The notes below the pieces were generated by a model. It was given only the letters and a program-made list of their open reading frames with translations, was not told the origin of the DNA and searched no databases. A DNA stretch of 64,000 bases. Source: a virus. The stretch is from the IMG/VR virus record IMGVR_UViG_3300008267_013251, positions 1-64,000 of that record, one strand, 5' to 3'. Position 1 is the first letter of the stretch. Each line of letters starts with the position of its first letter. Of this stretch, positions 9,508 to 19,440 are shown piece after piece. A program made the position numbers and the translations under genes.

Positions 9508-11610
9508 ATGAGCATGAAGCAAGTAGTGCGTGGTGTTATTCCCAAGGGATTTACACATTCTGGCATTCGTCCCTCGAAGCGGGAATTTACCTATCGTGAT
9601 AATCTGAGTGCTGTCAAAGTTGCTGGAGCAAATGGTCGTGGCTATCAAAAAGACGGTGTAGCAAAACTCAAGGGACATCCCCTTACAATTTATGTTGCTC
9701 CTACCGGCAGCGGTAAGACGATTGTTCAAAACACTCTGGCCGGAATTGATCTGGTCACCAATAGCTTCAAGCGCAAACAGCTGTTCATTGCACCGCAGCG
9801 CAATATTGGCAACAATTTTTCCATGGAGTATATTGATTCACAAGGTATCAAGCAGTTTAGTAGAATCGATATCAATGGGTCTGCTTATGAGTGGCAGATT
9901 ACTGAAAATTATTGTGAACTAGTCAATAAGAAGTCTGAAGCCAACATTCGTGCCTTTCTTTTGGCAAAAACTCCATCAACTAAATTTTCCGACCGCATCA
10001 AGCAACTGAAGGTTCTTGATCATGGGCTTGCCGTCTGTTGCTATCCAACTCTAGTAGCGGTATGGAAAAATCTAACTAGTAGTGAAAAAGATTATGTTTC
10101 TCAAACTACAGCTATTAGAATTGATGAGGTACATCACCTGCGACTTGATGGGCTGGATGATGATGGTTGCAACCAGCTGGGCCGTGTTATTCGTGATTTT
10201 ATTGCTCGTAAAGGCCATCTTCATTGCACTACCGCCACTATGTTCCGTGGGGACCGTGCCAGCATTCTAAACAATCTTGATATAGGCCGATTTAAGAAAT
10301 ACAAAGTTGATTGGATGACATTTTGGAAAAGTACGGGAATTGACCGATTGAGCATGAATTTTTCCGCCTTTTCAGATTCTGATGATTTGCTAGGCATTCT
10401 TGAAAAGTCAATCAAAAAAGAAAAGTCACAAAAGCATATTATTATTGTCCCATCGGACAATACTGGTATGTTCAAATATATTGATAAATCAGTTTGGGTG
10501 AAAAAGCTTGTTCGTAAAATGAAAGCAATATATGGAAGCAACCGGGTTCTTGATTTGATTTATAATCAGGATACAGACAAACAAAGGTTGCTATCTGAAA
10601 ATAAGGACTTCGATTGTGTTGTTACATGCATGATTGGCCGGGAGGGAACTGATTGGCCTGCTTGCTCACGGGTGCATAATTTAGTTTTGGATAGAAATGT
10701 TCTGCAACCTATTCAAAAACTAGGTAGAGCAACTCGTCGTTACAAATCCAAGCACAATATTGTTATGACTTGCTATATTGAGCACTTTAATGACTGGGAG
10801 AGTGACGGTGATGAATTGCAAAATAAATTCACAGATTATTTTAATGCAATTCTGGCTATGTCTATCTACGATGATTTATTCTACCCAATTAAACTACCAG
10901 TCATTAAACCACCATTAGAAGCGACTGATAAGGATGATGATGATGATGATCACGGTGATCGTGAAAAAACCGTTGATCTTCAAGATGTTTTTGAGACAGA
11001 AAAATATCATCAGATCAAAACCGAAGTCTATCAACTTGTGACTATGCTTGCCTCAAACGACATCAAGGACGCTGATGAAGTAAAAGAAGAGATTGAGGCT
11101 ATCGTTAAGAAGTACGAGAAGCATATGATTGTTCCAGTACCAAGGGACGAGCTTGTTGCTGCATTGTATATTGATGTTGCAAGGCGTTGTGACACAAAAA
11201 GCAAGAAGATTCGTGCAGAAATCGATGGATACGCCAGCAGCTGGATTCGCAAGATGGGCTTTGAAACAATATTCAAAAAGAATATTGCTGGTAGAAGTTT
11301 CTTTGAGGGTACAGCTAGTACTAAATTGATGCAGCGTATGGGTCGATTTTTCAAGCAACAGCACGATAGGTTCAGCAAAGACAAATTTGTAGATTGGGTC
11401 AAACTGTATGTCAACATATTCCTAGACATGCATGAAAGAATTCCAACGAATGCTGAACTACGAATTATTGTTGATGGACTAAACGCTGCTGCTAAAAAGC
11501 ATGGAAAAATTCCGACTGATCGGAAAATTATTGATCCGATTATGAGAAATGTTGTTCAGAATCCCAAGACAAGGAGGAAAAGTCGTGGCAAAAAAGACAA
11601 AACAACCTGA
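9508..11610 (+). CDS. superfamily 2 helicase/ATPase (ResIII/DEAD-like)
   Basis: Walker A APTGSGKT, DEVH, TAT motif III, 'GREGTDWP', 'QKLGRATR'. Confidence 0.8.
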   Translation: MSMKQVVRGVIPKGFTHSGIRPSKREFTYRDNLSAVKVAGANGRGYQKDGVAKLKGHPLTIYVAPTGSGKTIVQNTLAGIDLVTNSFKRKQLFIAPQRNIGNNFSMEYIDSQGIKQFSRIDINGSAYEWQITENYCELVNKKSEANIRAFLLAKTPSTKFSDRIKQLKVLDHGLAVCCYPTLVAVWKNLTSSEKDYVSQTTAIRIDEVHHLRLDGLDDDGCNQLGRVIRDFIARKGHLHCTTATMFRGDRASILNNLDIGRFKKYKVDWMTFWKSTGIDRLSMNFSAFSDSDDLLGILEKSIKKEKSQKHIIIVPSDNTGMFKYIDKSVWVKKLVRKMKAIYGSNRVLDLIYNQDTDKQRLLSENKDFDCVVTCMIGREGTDWPACSRVHNLVLDRNVLQPIQKLGRATRRYKSKHNIVMTCYIEHFNDWESDGDELQNKFTDYFNAILAMSIYDDLFYPIKLPVIKPPLEATDKDDDDDDHGDREKTVDLQDVFETEKYHQIKTEVYQLVTMLASNDIKDADEVKEEIEAIVKKYEKHMIVPVPRDELVAALYIDVARRCDTKSKKIRAEIDGYASSWIRKMGFETIFKKNIAGRSFFEGTASTKLMQRMGRFFKQQHDRFSKDKFVDWVKLYVNIFLDMHERIPTNAELRIIVDGLNAAAKKHGKIPTDRKIIDPIMRNVVQNPKTRRKSRGKKDKTT

Positions 11611-12211
11611 TTATCACAAGAGCAAAAGAAAACATGATGCACGGAAAATCATGATTGATCTTTACCGTGCGTCTACAGGTTGTCAAACAATTCCTGAAGA
11701 CAAGCAATACTGGACCTTATGTAATCTCCAGCCTGATGGAGATTGTGTAGGGTTTGGGTCAGAAATCAGTCAGATTCTTTCTGCTGGTCTGATCACAAAA
11801 AAGAATCAATTCCACGGAATTGACAATAATTTAGACTATATTCTGGAAAATAGAAAGGTTCATCCAGATGCGAACTTTTATCATGGTGATTGGAAGAATG
11901 TTGTAAAGTATGAAATGGCCGAAGAATTCAACCCAGCCATAATCTATTTTGATACCATTTACAGTATCGATAATCGAGATTTCATTTCAGACTTGGCAAC
12001 TACCATGAATTATGCAGCACCGGGGACATTCATAGCTGCAAACGCTGTTGCGGAGAAACTCTTTTGCCAAAAGGTGTACTATGACTTGGTCTACAAAAAT
12101 TTGTACAACTTGGTTTGGGAAAAAGATAAATGGAAGCCGATTAAAGGTGAGTACTACTACAGGTCAAACAGACTCATGATGTGTACCCTGTTTTTTATTC
12201 ATTCGGGATGA
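11549..12211 (+). CDS. putative SAM-dependent methyltransferase-fold protein
   Basis: 'FHGIDNN', 'FYHGDW', 'IIYFDT' and 'APGTFI' follow the Rossmann MTase strand order; overlaps the helicase gene. Confidence 0.45.
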   Translation: MLFRIPRQGGKVVAKKTKQPDYHKSKRKHDARKIMIDLYRASTGCQTIPEDKQYWTLCNLQPDGDCVGFGSEISQILSAGLITKKNQFHGIDNNLDYILENRKVHPDANFYHGDWKNVVKYEMAEEFNPAIIYFDTIYSIDNRDFISDLATTMNYAAPGTFIAANAVAEKLFCQKVYYDLVYKNLYNLVWEKDKWKPIKGEYYYRSNRLMMCTLFFIHSG

Positions 12212-12219
12212 TTTATATA

Positions 12220-12227
12220 TATAAATA
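12220..12227 (+). promoter_or_regulatory. T4-like late promoter TATAAATA
   Basis: Exact match upstream of the GAGG RBS and ATG 12241. Confidence 0.55.
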
Positions 12228-12240
12228 AAAAGAGGACTAT

Positions 12241-12897
12241 ATGAATTACTCATTTTCAAATTGGTTCAATAAAAGAATCACAGAGGATTTTGAAAAAAGT
12301 TTTGGTGTAAAAAACAAATGGGTGACCATAGATTCTACTAACATAGAAAAAGACCCTGATTTGGCTTATGAAATATTTGATCTCATAAATTCTGCCTATA
12401 AAAGCATAGGTGGCCATGCTGATTTTAAATCAGCTAAGGATGTAATCAATGCCTTTAAAAACGGTGAAGTGTCAGTCGCAAAAGCCATAGATGTTGATGC
12501 CGTTCCAGACATGGATGCCGTGACTATTTACAAGCAGCGTTCTGGTGGAAGCAAATCTGTTGCATCTGCTGCAAAATCATCAAGCGATATTGCAAAAAAT
12601 AATTTAATTGCCCATAAAGCTTATGAATTGAAACAACCCGGACACTATGCCGAAGTATCGGACAAACTTGCCAAGATACTTTTAAGCATGGGAGTTCCCG
12701 TAGTAGAGAATCCTGATGTAGTAAACAGCATAATAAACAAAGAAGTTAAATGGTATGGCAATCATCCAGATTTGAGCAAATTGCCACCAAAAGTGGCAGA
12801 AGTATTTGACAAATACAAAGGGTGGTATGGCCGAGTTTTGGGTGATGGACAGCTACATGCAAAAATTATGGTTGGACTGCCAAAGGTAAAACAATAA
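12241..12897 (+). CDS. hypothetical protein, possible internal head protein
   Basis: Late promoter; N-terminal SFSNWFNKRITE motif. Confidence 0.65.
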   Translation: MNYSFSNWFNKRITEDFEKSFGVKNKWVTIDSTNIEKDPDLAYEIFDLINSAYKSIGGHADFKSAKDVINAFKNGEVSVAKAIDVDAVPDMDAVTIYKQRSGGSKSVASAAKSSSDIAKNNLIAHKAYELKQPGHYAEVSDKLAKILLSMGVPVVENPDVVNSIINKEVKWYGNHPDLSKLPPKVAEVFDKYKGWYGRVLGDGQLHAKIMVGLPKVKQ

Positions 12898-12939
12898 ATA
12901 TTTTTGAAGCCGGGGAAAAACAAATAAGAGAAGAATTCA

Positions 12940-13956
12940 ATGAATAATAAAAAAAATAATTTACCCAAATATAAAAATGTGAATATGACCAATGAAAAAG
13001 CATATCCAAATTTCAAATCGCTGATACCAATAAATACAAATACAAAAAATTCGAGCAGTCAAAAAAGTCGTGACAACCTAATTAAAAAGCAAAAAAATAA
13101 AATCAGGCCTACTGTGCCATCTGATTACAATTCATTTATTAAACAACAATCTAGGTCTGCAATACCGTTGCAAAATTTATCAAAAACAGAAAATCTTAGT
13201 GTGCCATTTCAAGTAGAAACAAAAATAACGAATATAAAACTGCATGACAGGCCATACGCTTCAAAAAATACAATTAAAAATAAAGTGACCATCGTAATTC
13301 CAACTCTACAAGTAGTTTTTAACGAAATAACTTTAAAAATGGTCGAGCAAATTTGCCTTAAAACAAAATTTGTTCATGAGGTGATAATAATTAACAATGC
13401 AAACTCAGACATGATGACTGAAAGTTTCAAAAATTATCCCATGGTCAGCGTTGTGAATGATTTGCCAAATTTATATGTCAACTCCGCATGGAACTATGGA
13501 TTATCCAGATGTAATACAGAGTATTATTGTTTGCTGAACGATGATGTTGTTTTCTTTCCAGAGCTACTTGATAGTTTAGTGAAGTTTTTGACTTATAGCC
13601 CACATTTGAATGTTACTACGGTTTCAACTCATGTTTTTAGCCATAGAGAAAAGGCTTTTCACAGACTCGAACACATGACGAAATTTAACGCTAATTTAAC
13701 TCATGAAATCAGACAATATCCAACAAACATCAAACAAGGATGGTTTTTGTTCGGCAGAACCGCTAGCTGGGTTCCAATCGAAATTTCATTTACAGGTGAA
13801 ATTATGAATGGAGATGATTGGATTTTGCAAAGAAATATGGAGCAATATGGCTCGGTGGTTCTGATAAAGAACAATTTATTGATACATGCAGAATCAAGTA
13901 CAGTTCTTACTGTGCAAGATAATATTCAATACATAAAAAAAATAAGCAAACCATAA
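12940..13956 (+). CDS. glycosyltransferase family 2 with basic low-complexity N-terminus
   Basis: 'VTIVIPT', 'EVIIINN', 'NLYVNSAWNYG', 'LLNDD', 'GDDW'. Confidence 0.8.
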   Translation: MNNKKNNLPKYKNVNMTNEKAYPNFKSLIPINTNTKNSSSQKSRDNLIKKQKNKIRPTVPSDYNSFIKQQSRSAIPLQNLSKTENLSVPFQVETKITNIKLHDRPYASKNTIKNKVTIVIPTLQVVFNEITLKMVEQICLKTKFVHEVIIINNANSDMMTESFKNYPMVSVVNDLPNLYVNSAWNYGLSRCNTEYYCLLNDDVVFFPELLDSLVKFLTYSPHLNVTTVSTHVFSHREKAFHRLEHMTKFNANLTHEIRQYPTNIKQGWFLFGRTASWVPIEISFTGEIMNGDDWILQRNMEQYGSVVLIKNNLLIHAESSTVLTVQDNIQYIKKISKP

Positions 13957-13960
13957 TTGT

Positions 13961-14620
13961 TCAAATTTTTATAGTCCACTCATTTTTGCTGAACCAATTT
14001 GACTTTATTTTATATAAATCAAGCTCTCTGTAGTATTCTGTTTTTCTATTAATTCCGGTGTTGTAAAAATCTTTTTCACCGCAATCTTTCGGCGGTTGGC
14101 AATAGCCAGACATTGGGTATCTTTGAAATAAAAAATCTTCTTTTTCAACAGCTAGGCTTTTTGATCTCTGCAAACCTTGTACTGTGTAGTCCGTATTCTT
14201 AAGGTCAATTAATTCCTGTTTCGACTCCACAATAAATTCTTTACTATAAAGACCCATAGACATACTTCGTTGACAACTTGTAACAGGCTTGGTTTTAGTT
14301 CCGTGTTCAAATTTCAAATAGTTTGGAAAGAAGTGCCCCCCTACATAACAAGTATCGTGCATCAAGAAAAAGTAATCTGCTTGGTAGTCCAACTCGACCA
14401 TGGCAATCAAGGCAGTAAAATCGAATTCATTGTGTGGAGCAGTAATTATTTCTTCTGGACAGGTTTTGTCTATTTTGTAGTCATCATAACCGCCAGCTTT
14501 TACTATGAGAATGTCTTGTGGTTTTATTAACGGGCAATTTTGATAAATCGAATTCAATAAAAACTTACACGAAATATCAAAGTAATCAACATGGCTTGTG
14601 ATTAATATTTTTGTTAACAT
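13961..14620 (-). CDS. hypothetical GT-A-like protein
   Basis: 'NEFDFTALI', 'YFFLMHDTC'; lies among sugar-modification genes. Confidence 0.5.
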   Translation of the reverse strand: MLTKILITSHVDYFDISCKFLLNSIYQNCPLIKPQDILIVKAGGYDDYKIDKTCPEEIITAPHNEFDFTALIAMVELDYQADYFFLMHDTCYVGGHFFPNYLKFEHGTKTKPVTSCQRSMSMGLYSKEFIVESKQELIDLKNTDYTVQGLQRSKSLAVEKEDFLFQRYPMSGYCQPPKDCGEKDFYNTGINRKTEYYRELDLYKIKSNWFSKNEWTIKI

Positions 14621-14883
14621 TAAAGCTCAATTTTTTTCAACTTTTTGTAATAGTTTTTATCTTCTTCCAGATGCGCTAACGCAATTTTCAAAATCTTGGA
14701 TTCATCACCCTGAATTACATCCAATTTTTTTGATTGCATATGCTCTTGTTCTACAGACATACCATCTTTGATTGCTTGGATATCAAATTTGCTTATATCC
14801 ACTTTGATTTTATCCGCTAAATCTTTTATTTCTGATGTTGAAAATGCTTTTGCCTCATTCAGCAGCCATTCCTTAAATTTCAT
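14620..14883 (-). CDS. DUF5661-like protein with capsid-targeting-like N-terminus
   Basis: 'GMxVExEH...KIALAHLxEDxNYYxKL'; begins MKFKEWLLNE. Confidence 0.7.
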   Translation of the reverse strand: MKFKEWLLNEAKAFSTSEIKDLADKIKVDISKFDIQAIKDGMSVEQEHMQSKKLDVIQGDESKILKIALAHLEEDKNYYKKLKKIEL

Positions 14884-15329
14884 TTCTTCTCCCAGCTGAT
14901 TGGCTTGCTGCTTTTTTTCTTTTTCTTAGCCGTGTTACACATGCTTAGTGTTGGTCTGCAAGCAGGATATTTTCTCTCTGTACCGGGACCAGTCTTTTGT
15001 CTACCACAGGGAACTAGTTTTCCTTTTTTGCTTGCTTTGCAGTCAATCCAACCTTTACCTTGGTTTCTATCAAACCATCCCTTCAGACCTCGTTCCTTCT
15101 CAAGACCGAATTTTGTTTCATTCAAATATTGCTCAAGTGTTGGAAATTTATTCTCTTTTAGTTTTTTCTTCTTTTTATTTCCCCAATTCTTGGCTCCAAC
15201 TTTACGGCATTTTACTAACGCCCCGCTGGCGTAGGCACTAGGCCAAACACGATACCTTGCTTTTACCTTGTGATAGCAAGCATCTTTTTTACTTTCATCC
15301 AATAGCAGCCATTCTTGTAGTGTTATCAT
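14880..15329 (-). CDS. basic Cys-containing phage protein (DUF5872-like)
   Basis: 'DACYHKVKARYRVWPSAYASGALVKCRK' and 'GLKGWF..W.DC..CGR..YPACRP', familiar from T4-like aquatic phages. Confidence 0.7.
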   Translation of the reverse strand: MITLQEWLLLDESKKDACYHKVKARYRVWPSAYASGALVKCRKVGAKNWGNKKKKKLKENKFPTLEQYLNETKFGLEKERGLKGWFDRNQGKGWIDCKASKKGKLVPCGRQKTGPGTERKYPACRPTLSMCNTAKKKKKSSKPISWEKK

Positions 15330-15359
15330 AGTAATATATTTATTAACAAGACAAACAAT

Positions 15360-16109
15360 TTAGTTATTTTTGATCATTTTAAATATTGGCAAATTTAAAT
15401 GTTCAACTCTTGGGTCAACACTACAAATATGATCATATGGCCAATCATTTTGGATTTTGTAAATTTGGTAGCCAAAACTTGAAATCAACTCGTATATTTC
15501 GTCTGTTGTAACACCAAACTTTTGCAGATGATGCTCTTCGATTTCTATGAAAATGGTTGGCATGTATTTCTTAATAGTGTTTTCTGCGCCTTGCATAATA
15601 AACTTTTCATAACCCTGAGCATCTAATTTTATGAAATCTATTCTGCCAATTTCTAAATCATCTAACTTCGTAGTCTTAATAGTTTCTCCACCAGAACCAA
15701 TGCTCAAAGCGCCCAAATTTACGCATGCTTGCTGATAATCAATTGGCTCCATTGTGAGAACTTGGCCAGATTCATTTCCTAAAGCCAAATTGTAAGTGTA
15801 AGCATTTTGGATATCATTCAGCACTAAATTTGCATTTAATTGTTGGAATAGTAATCGCTGTGGTTCGAAGGCAAATAGCTTGCCATTTAAACCCGTCTTT
15901 TTTGCCATTAAAACGCTGTTGTAACCAAAGTTGGCCCCGATATCAACTAAACATGAGCCAGCGCCTATAAGCTTAATTACCTCGTCAAAATGGGGTTCCC
16001 AAACTCCATCTCTAAGAATGTGCTGGCCAATATAATCAAATTCATAAAAAACAAACTGATTCTGTCTACTTCTAGCTATTATTTGTTTAATCAAGAGTTT
16101 GAGTTCCAA
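15360..16109 (-). CDS. FkbM family methyltransferase
   Basis: DIGANFG, FAFEP, NLALG, FIKLDAQG, PTIFIE. The start may be TTG 16094. Confidence 0.9.
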   Translation of the reverse strand: MELKLLIKQIIARSRQNQFVFYEFDYIGQHILRDGVWEPHFDEVIKLIGAGSCLVDIGANFGYNSVLMAKKTGLNGKLFAFEPQRLLFQQLNANLVLNDIQNAYTYNLALGNESGQVLTMEPIDYQQACVNLGALSIGSGGETIKTTKLDDLEIGRIDFIKLDAQGYEKFIMQGAENTIKKYMPTIFIEIEEHHLQKFGVTTDEIYELISSFGYQIYKIQNDWPYDHICSVDPRVEHLNLPIFKMIKNN

Positions 16110-16315
16110 TTTCGGGAAACCTGAATGTTTCCACTAAAATAATATCGTCTGATGAACTCGCATTCAGTCAAAAATATTGAATTCTTTGAAAAGCTGTGAT
16201 TCATGCGAAAGCATCGGCCTTTGCTTTTATTGTAGAAGTGATTGATCGAATGATGAAAACCTGTCGATCCAGTCCAGCAACTCGTAGATGAACAAGACCA
16301 TATTTTATGAATCAT
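16091..16315 (-). CDS. Ser/aromatic/Cys-rich microprotein (dispersed member)
   Basis: MIHKIWSCSSTSCWTGS...RCF...WNSNS; fills the gap between two co-oriented genes, starting 2 nt after the upstream stop. Confidence 0.6.
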   Translation of the reverse strand: MIHKIWSCSSTSCWTGSTGFHHSINHFYNKSKGRCFRMNHSFSKNSIFLTECEFIRRYYFSGNIQVSRNWNSNS

Positions 16316-16317
16316 AT

Positions 16318-16962
16318 TTATCCAAAGTAAGAAAGATAGTTTTTCAATTCTGCAATGTCGTAGAATTTATCATACTTATCACAAGTGTAGCATTTTTTCT
16401 TCCAAAAATAATTGTAGTTTTCATGAAACGGCAAATCTTCTGAACCAAAGTCAATCAGGAAAAACTGATATGTATTGAAGGCTATCCCAAGTAATAACGA
16501 CTTGTTTTTTACTAAATGTGAGTGTTTATCCATTCTTAAATCAATTTTTTTCTGTTTAATCCAATAATCAGTAAAATTGACATAAAGTTCCAAATATCGA
16601 TCATTTAACATAAAATCAGAATCATATTTGATTTGTTTGCTTTTTAGAAAATTTCGTTGTGAATCCGCTCCATTATTTTTCAAATTAAGGTATTTTTTTA
16701 TTACATCTTCTACAAGCCAAGAAACGACTAAATCTCTTGCATATTCAGTAGGTGTTCGACTATCTCTGTTATTAAGGTTGCAGACACTATCTATAAAATC
16801 TTTTTGTTCTTGATTCAAATTTCTATCAATAATATTTTTGAATAAGCAGTATTTTTCTATTTTTGTTTCAGGAAAAAATTCATTGTCATAAACCTGTAAA
16901 AAGTCTCCGAGACTCAGATTGATTTTCTCGCAAAATACTTTTAGTTTTTCTATTTTATCCAC
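16318..16962 (-). CDS. hypothetical protein, possible PD-(D/E)xK-like nuclease
   Basis: 'WLVED...NGAD..R.FL...SDF...LEL' pattern; weak. Confidence 0.5.
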   Translation of the reverse strand: MDKIEKLKVFCEKINLSLGDFLQVYDNEFFPETKIEKYCLFKNIIDRNLNQEQKDFIDSVCNLNNRDSRTPTEYARDLVVSWLVEDVIKKYLNLKNNGADSQRNFLKSKQIKYDSDFMLNDRYLELYVNFTDYWIKQKKIDLRMDKHSHLVKNKSLLLGIAFNTYQFFLIDFGSEDLPFHENYNYFWKKKCYTCDKYDKFYDIAELKNYLSYFG

Positions 16963-16963
16963 A

Positions 16964-16993
16964 AATACCTACCAGCTTTTGCTAGTAGGTATT
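16964..16993 (-). terminator. stem-loop, possible terminator; overlaps the RBS of the 16962 gene
   Basis: AATACCTACCAGC-TTTT-GCTAGTAGGTATT. Confidence 0.45.
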
Positions 16994-17027
16994 GTGTTTT
17001 AATTTGTTTTTTTAATAAAAAATGACA

Positions 17028-17234
17028 TTAAACCCAAAAAGCCCTGAACTGAATACGGCTGTAAACATAAGGTGCGTATGAACTGCCTAATATATGTAAA
17101 GTATAATCTTGATGATTATGCCCATAATGTGAAAGTGTAAAACATTTGCTTTTATGTTGATTGGCATTATTAACAGAAATAGCTCTTTTGCCAAACACGG
17201 AAGAGCAGATGACTGCTGCATTGTGAATTGTCAT
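17028..17234 (-). CDS. Ser/aromatic/Cys-rich microprotein
   Basis: Starts at the TAATG overlap with the leader-bearing ORF: MTIHNAAVICSS...SKCF...RAFWV. Confidence 0.6.
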   Translation of the reverse strand: MTIHNAAVICSSVFGKRAISVNNANQHKSKCFTLSHYGHNHQDYTLHILGSSYAPYVYSRIQFRAFWV

Positions 17235-17506
17235 TATATTCTCCATTCTCCAAAACAAATTGATTCAGAAACCACGGGATTTTTGGAAAAGCAGCCACTT
17301 CTCTGGAAGCGCATTATACCGAAGAAAACTTTTTTACTGCCCCACGATGATACAGCATGTTTGCTCTGTTTAGCTCCTTTATCAAAAAAACTAAAAGCAT
17401 ATGACCTATGAGATAGATCAACTGTTCTTTTGGTTTCTTGCCAACTTACTTTCAAAGGTGGTTTGATATCAGTTGCCAAACCATAAAAACTAAAATCATA
17501 TTCCAT
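17234..17506 (-). CDS. leader-bearing Ser/aromatic-rich microprotein (paralog of 60474-60800)
   Basis: AGGAGG RBS and TAGACA-N17-TACAAT promoter; N-terminal FSxYG..KPP..SWxExKRTVDLSHxSYxF shared with the 60474 ORF. Confidence 0.8.
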   Translation of the reverse strand: MEYDFSFYGLATDIKPPLKVSWQETKRTVDLSHRSYAFSFFDKGAKQSKHAVSSWGSKKVFFGIMRFQRSGCFSKNPVVSESICFGEWRI

Positions 17507-17577
17507 ATTATTGCCTCCTGTATACGAACCTGAGACACATTGTACGCAAAAATTTTGAATTGTGTCTACATTAAATT

Positions 17578-18045
17578 ATGCTTGTCGATAAAACATATTG
17601 GGCTACACAATTGCAGCCTCCCTATAGCCCATCAGACGATGATATCAATATTTACATAAAATATAAAATTCAAGGCTCCAGCTTGCTTCTTGGCTGTACA
17701 CATAAACTTTTAATACATACTGATTATCAACTGGATATCGATCCGTGGTTTTTATCTAAAAATGTTATAGTTGGAGATTGGAGAAATAATAAAATATTTT
17801 ATAATAACATCATGGGTGATGGGGTTTTAAACTTTACGGAAGAGCTTACTAATGATGTACTAAAAATGGCATCTACTCATTGTAACCGTTTCGTTGTAAG
17901 ATATTTTAATGAGCGTTTGCCGAACATGAAAATTGCAAATTATTTTACACATCCACATGAGCTTTACATAAAGCCTGATACAATAGAAGACCAATCAGTT
18001 TATTCCTTTTTAATATGGAACTTCCATGCAAAGAATTTCAATTGA
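17578..18045 (+). CDS. small methyltransferase-fold protein
   Basis: 'LLLGCT', 'LDID', 'IVGDW', 'IMGDGVLNF'. Confidence 0.55.
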   Translation: MLVDKTYWATQLQPPYSPSDDDINIYIKYKIQGSSLLLGCTHKLLIHTDYQLDIDPWFLSKNVIVGDWRNNKIFYNNIMGDGVLNFTEELTNDVLKMASTHCNRFVVRYFNERLPNMKIANYFTHPHELYIKPDTIEDQSVYSFLIWNFHAKNFN

Positions 18046-19075
18046 TCAACACATAAAGCATCTTCTAGATTCTTTTGATGTCATGCAGTACAATTATAAA
18101 CCAAATTTCGATTTTGTCAAAAATTTACCAATCATAAGCAGAGAAGAATTGCAAAAAACCAAAATGGAAAAAGGTGTATTCAGTTGCAAAAGTTCTGGAT
18201 CAACTGGCATACCCGTAACCGTTGAAAAAACTATTCTCGATCACATCTGGTACATGGCAACAAACATTCGTGAGATGAAATGGAGAAACTGGAATTTTGG
18301 ATTGACTAAAGCAACGGTAAAACCCAGTATAGAAAAAGAAGATAAAGAATTTGATTCTTGGGGTATTCCAAAAATTATTGCACCGAAGCAGGGAAAATCT
18401 TATAAATCCCATTTAGGCACAGTAAGAGAAATACAAGAATGGCTTGAAAAGAAAAATCCACATTATCTTCATTGCAATCCTACTGTAGCCAAACAACTTG
18501 ATCTCAAAAAAATCACCAACTTAATAGATGTAAAAGGTACTGGTGAACTGGGTGGCAGTATGTATTCATCTGAAGAATGTGGCACAATTGCAATTCAATG
18601 TCCGACAAATCAAGAAAATTATCATGTCATGGAAAACCAAATTGTTGAAACTAATGAAAACAAAGAATTAATAATAACAACTCTAACAAATCCTTACATT
18701 AGAAGATATAAGCACGGTGATTTGATAGAATTGGGAACTTGTAGTTGTGGTAGGTCTTTGCAAACAATAACAAAAATTTACGGCAGAGTAAGAAATATGT
18801 TTGTTTATCCTAATGGAGATAAAAAATGGCCATTATTTGGCAGCAGAACATACTATGATGATTTCGGAATAAAAAGATATAAGCTAATACAGCACTCTTT
18901 GCATCAATTAGAACTCCAAGTCGTATGTGAAAAAATGTCAGAACAAAATGAAACACGGCTCAAGGAGCAAATCCGCTCCATGTTGGAAACAGAATCTCAA
19001 GTTGCAATAACCTATGTTGATAATTTTACAAACTACAAGCACGAAGAATTTGTTTCCTTGGTCAAGTCAGTCTGA
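18026..19075 (+). CDS. phenylacetate-CoA ligase (PaaK/CapK)-like adenylate-forming enzyme
   Basis: SSGSTG loop, 'YSSEECG', 'IRRYKHGD', 'CSCGR', 'GR'. Confidence 0.85.
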   Translation: MQRISIDQHIKHLLDSFDVMQYNYKPNFDFVKNLPIISREELQKTKMEKGVFSCKSSGSTGIPVTVEKTILDHIWYMATNIREMKWRNWNFGLTKATVKPSIEKEDKEFDSWGIPKIIAPKQGKSYKSHLGTVREIQEWLEKKNPHYLHCNPTVAKQLDLKKITNLIDVKGTGELGGSMYSSEECGTIAIQCPTNQENYHVMENQIVETNENKELIITTLTNPYIRRYKHGDLIELGTCSCGRSLQTITKIYGRVRNMFVYPNGDKKWPLFGSRTYYDDFGIKRYKLIQHSLHQLELQVVCEKMSEQNETRLKEQIRSMLETESQVAITYVDNFTNYKHEEFVSLVKSV

Positions 19076-19440
19076 CTATTTGTAGTTTCACTAATTATTT
19101 TTCTAATTGTTTGAGCCATTTCTTCAAGCATAGTAGCCGTGCTTTCATCTATCTTGCCAAGATAAACTTGAATTCTATTATGTGTACTTGCTCGTCTAGG
19201 CTTAAACTCACCACCAACTCCATAAACTTGAGCAATTAATTCATCTCCATACTTATGTTGGCCCTGTGCTATAGTAAGACTGACCTTGCCATCAAGGTGT
19301 AATTTTTTTGTATTGTATGCTGCTTCTCCTCTACAGTCCTCCATGTACCTTTCCCACATATGGAAAGTAATGCCATGGGCCATGTCATTTGTACGAGTAT
19401 CAACTCTTTTTTCCCAAGCAGCCATGTTTGCTCCAGTCAT
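19033..19440 (-). CDS. hypothetical protein
   Basis: ATGA-coupled to the upstream gene. Confidence 0.6.
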   Translation of the reverse strand: MTGANMAAWEKRVDTRTNDMAHGITFHMWERYMEDCRGEAAYNTKKLHLDGKVSLTIAQGQHKYGDELIAQVYGVGGEFKPRRASTHNRIQVYLGKIDESTATMLEEMAQTIRKIISETTNSQTDLTKETNSSCL

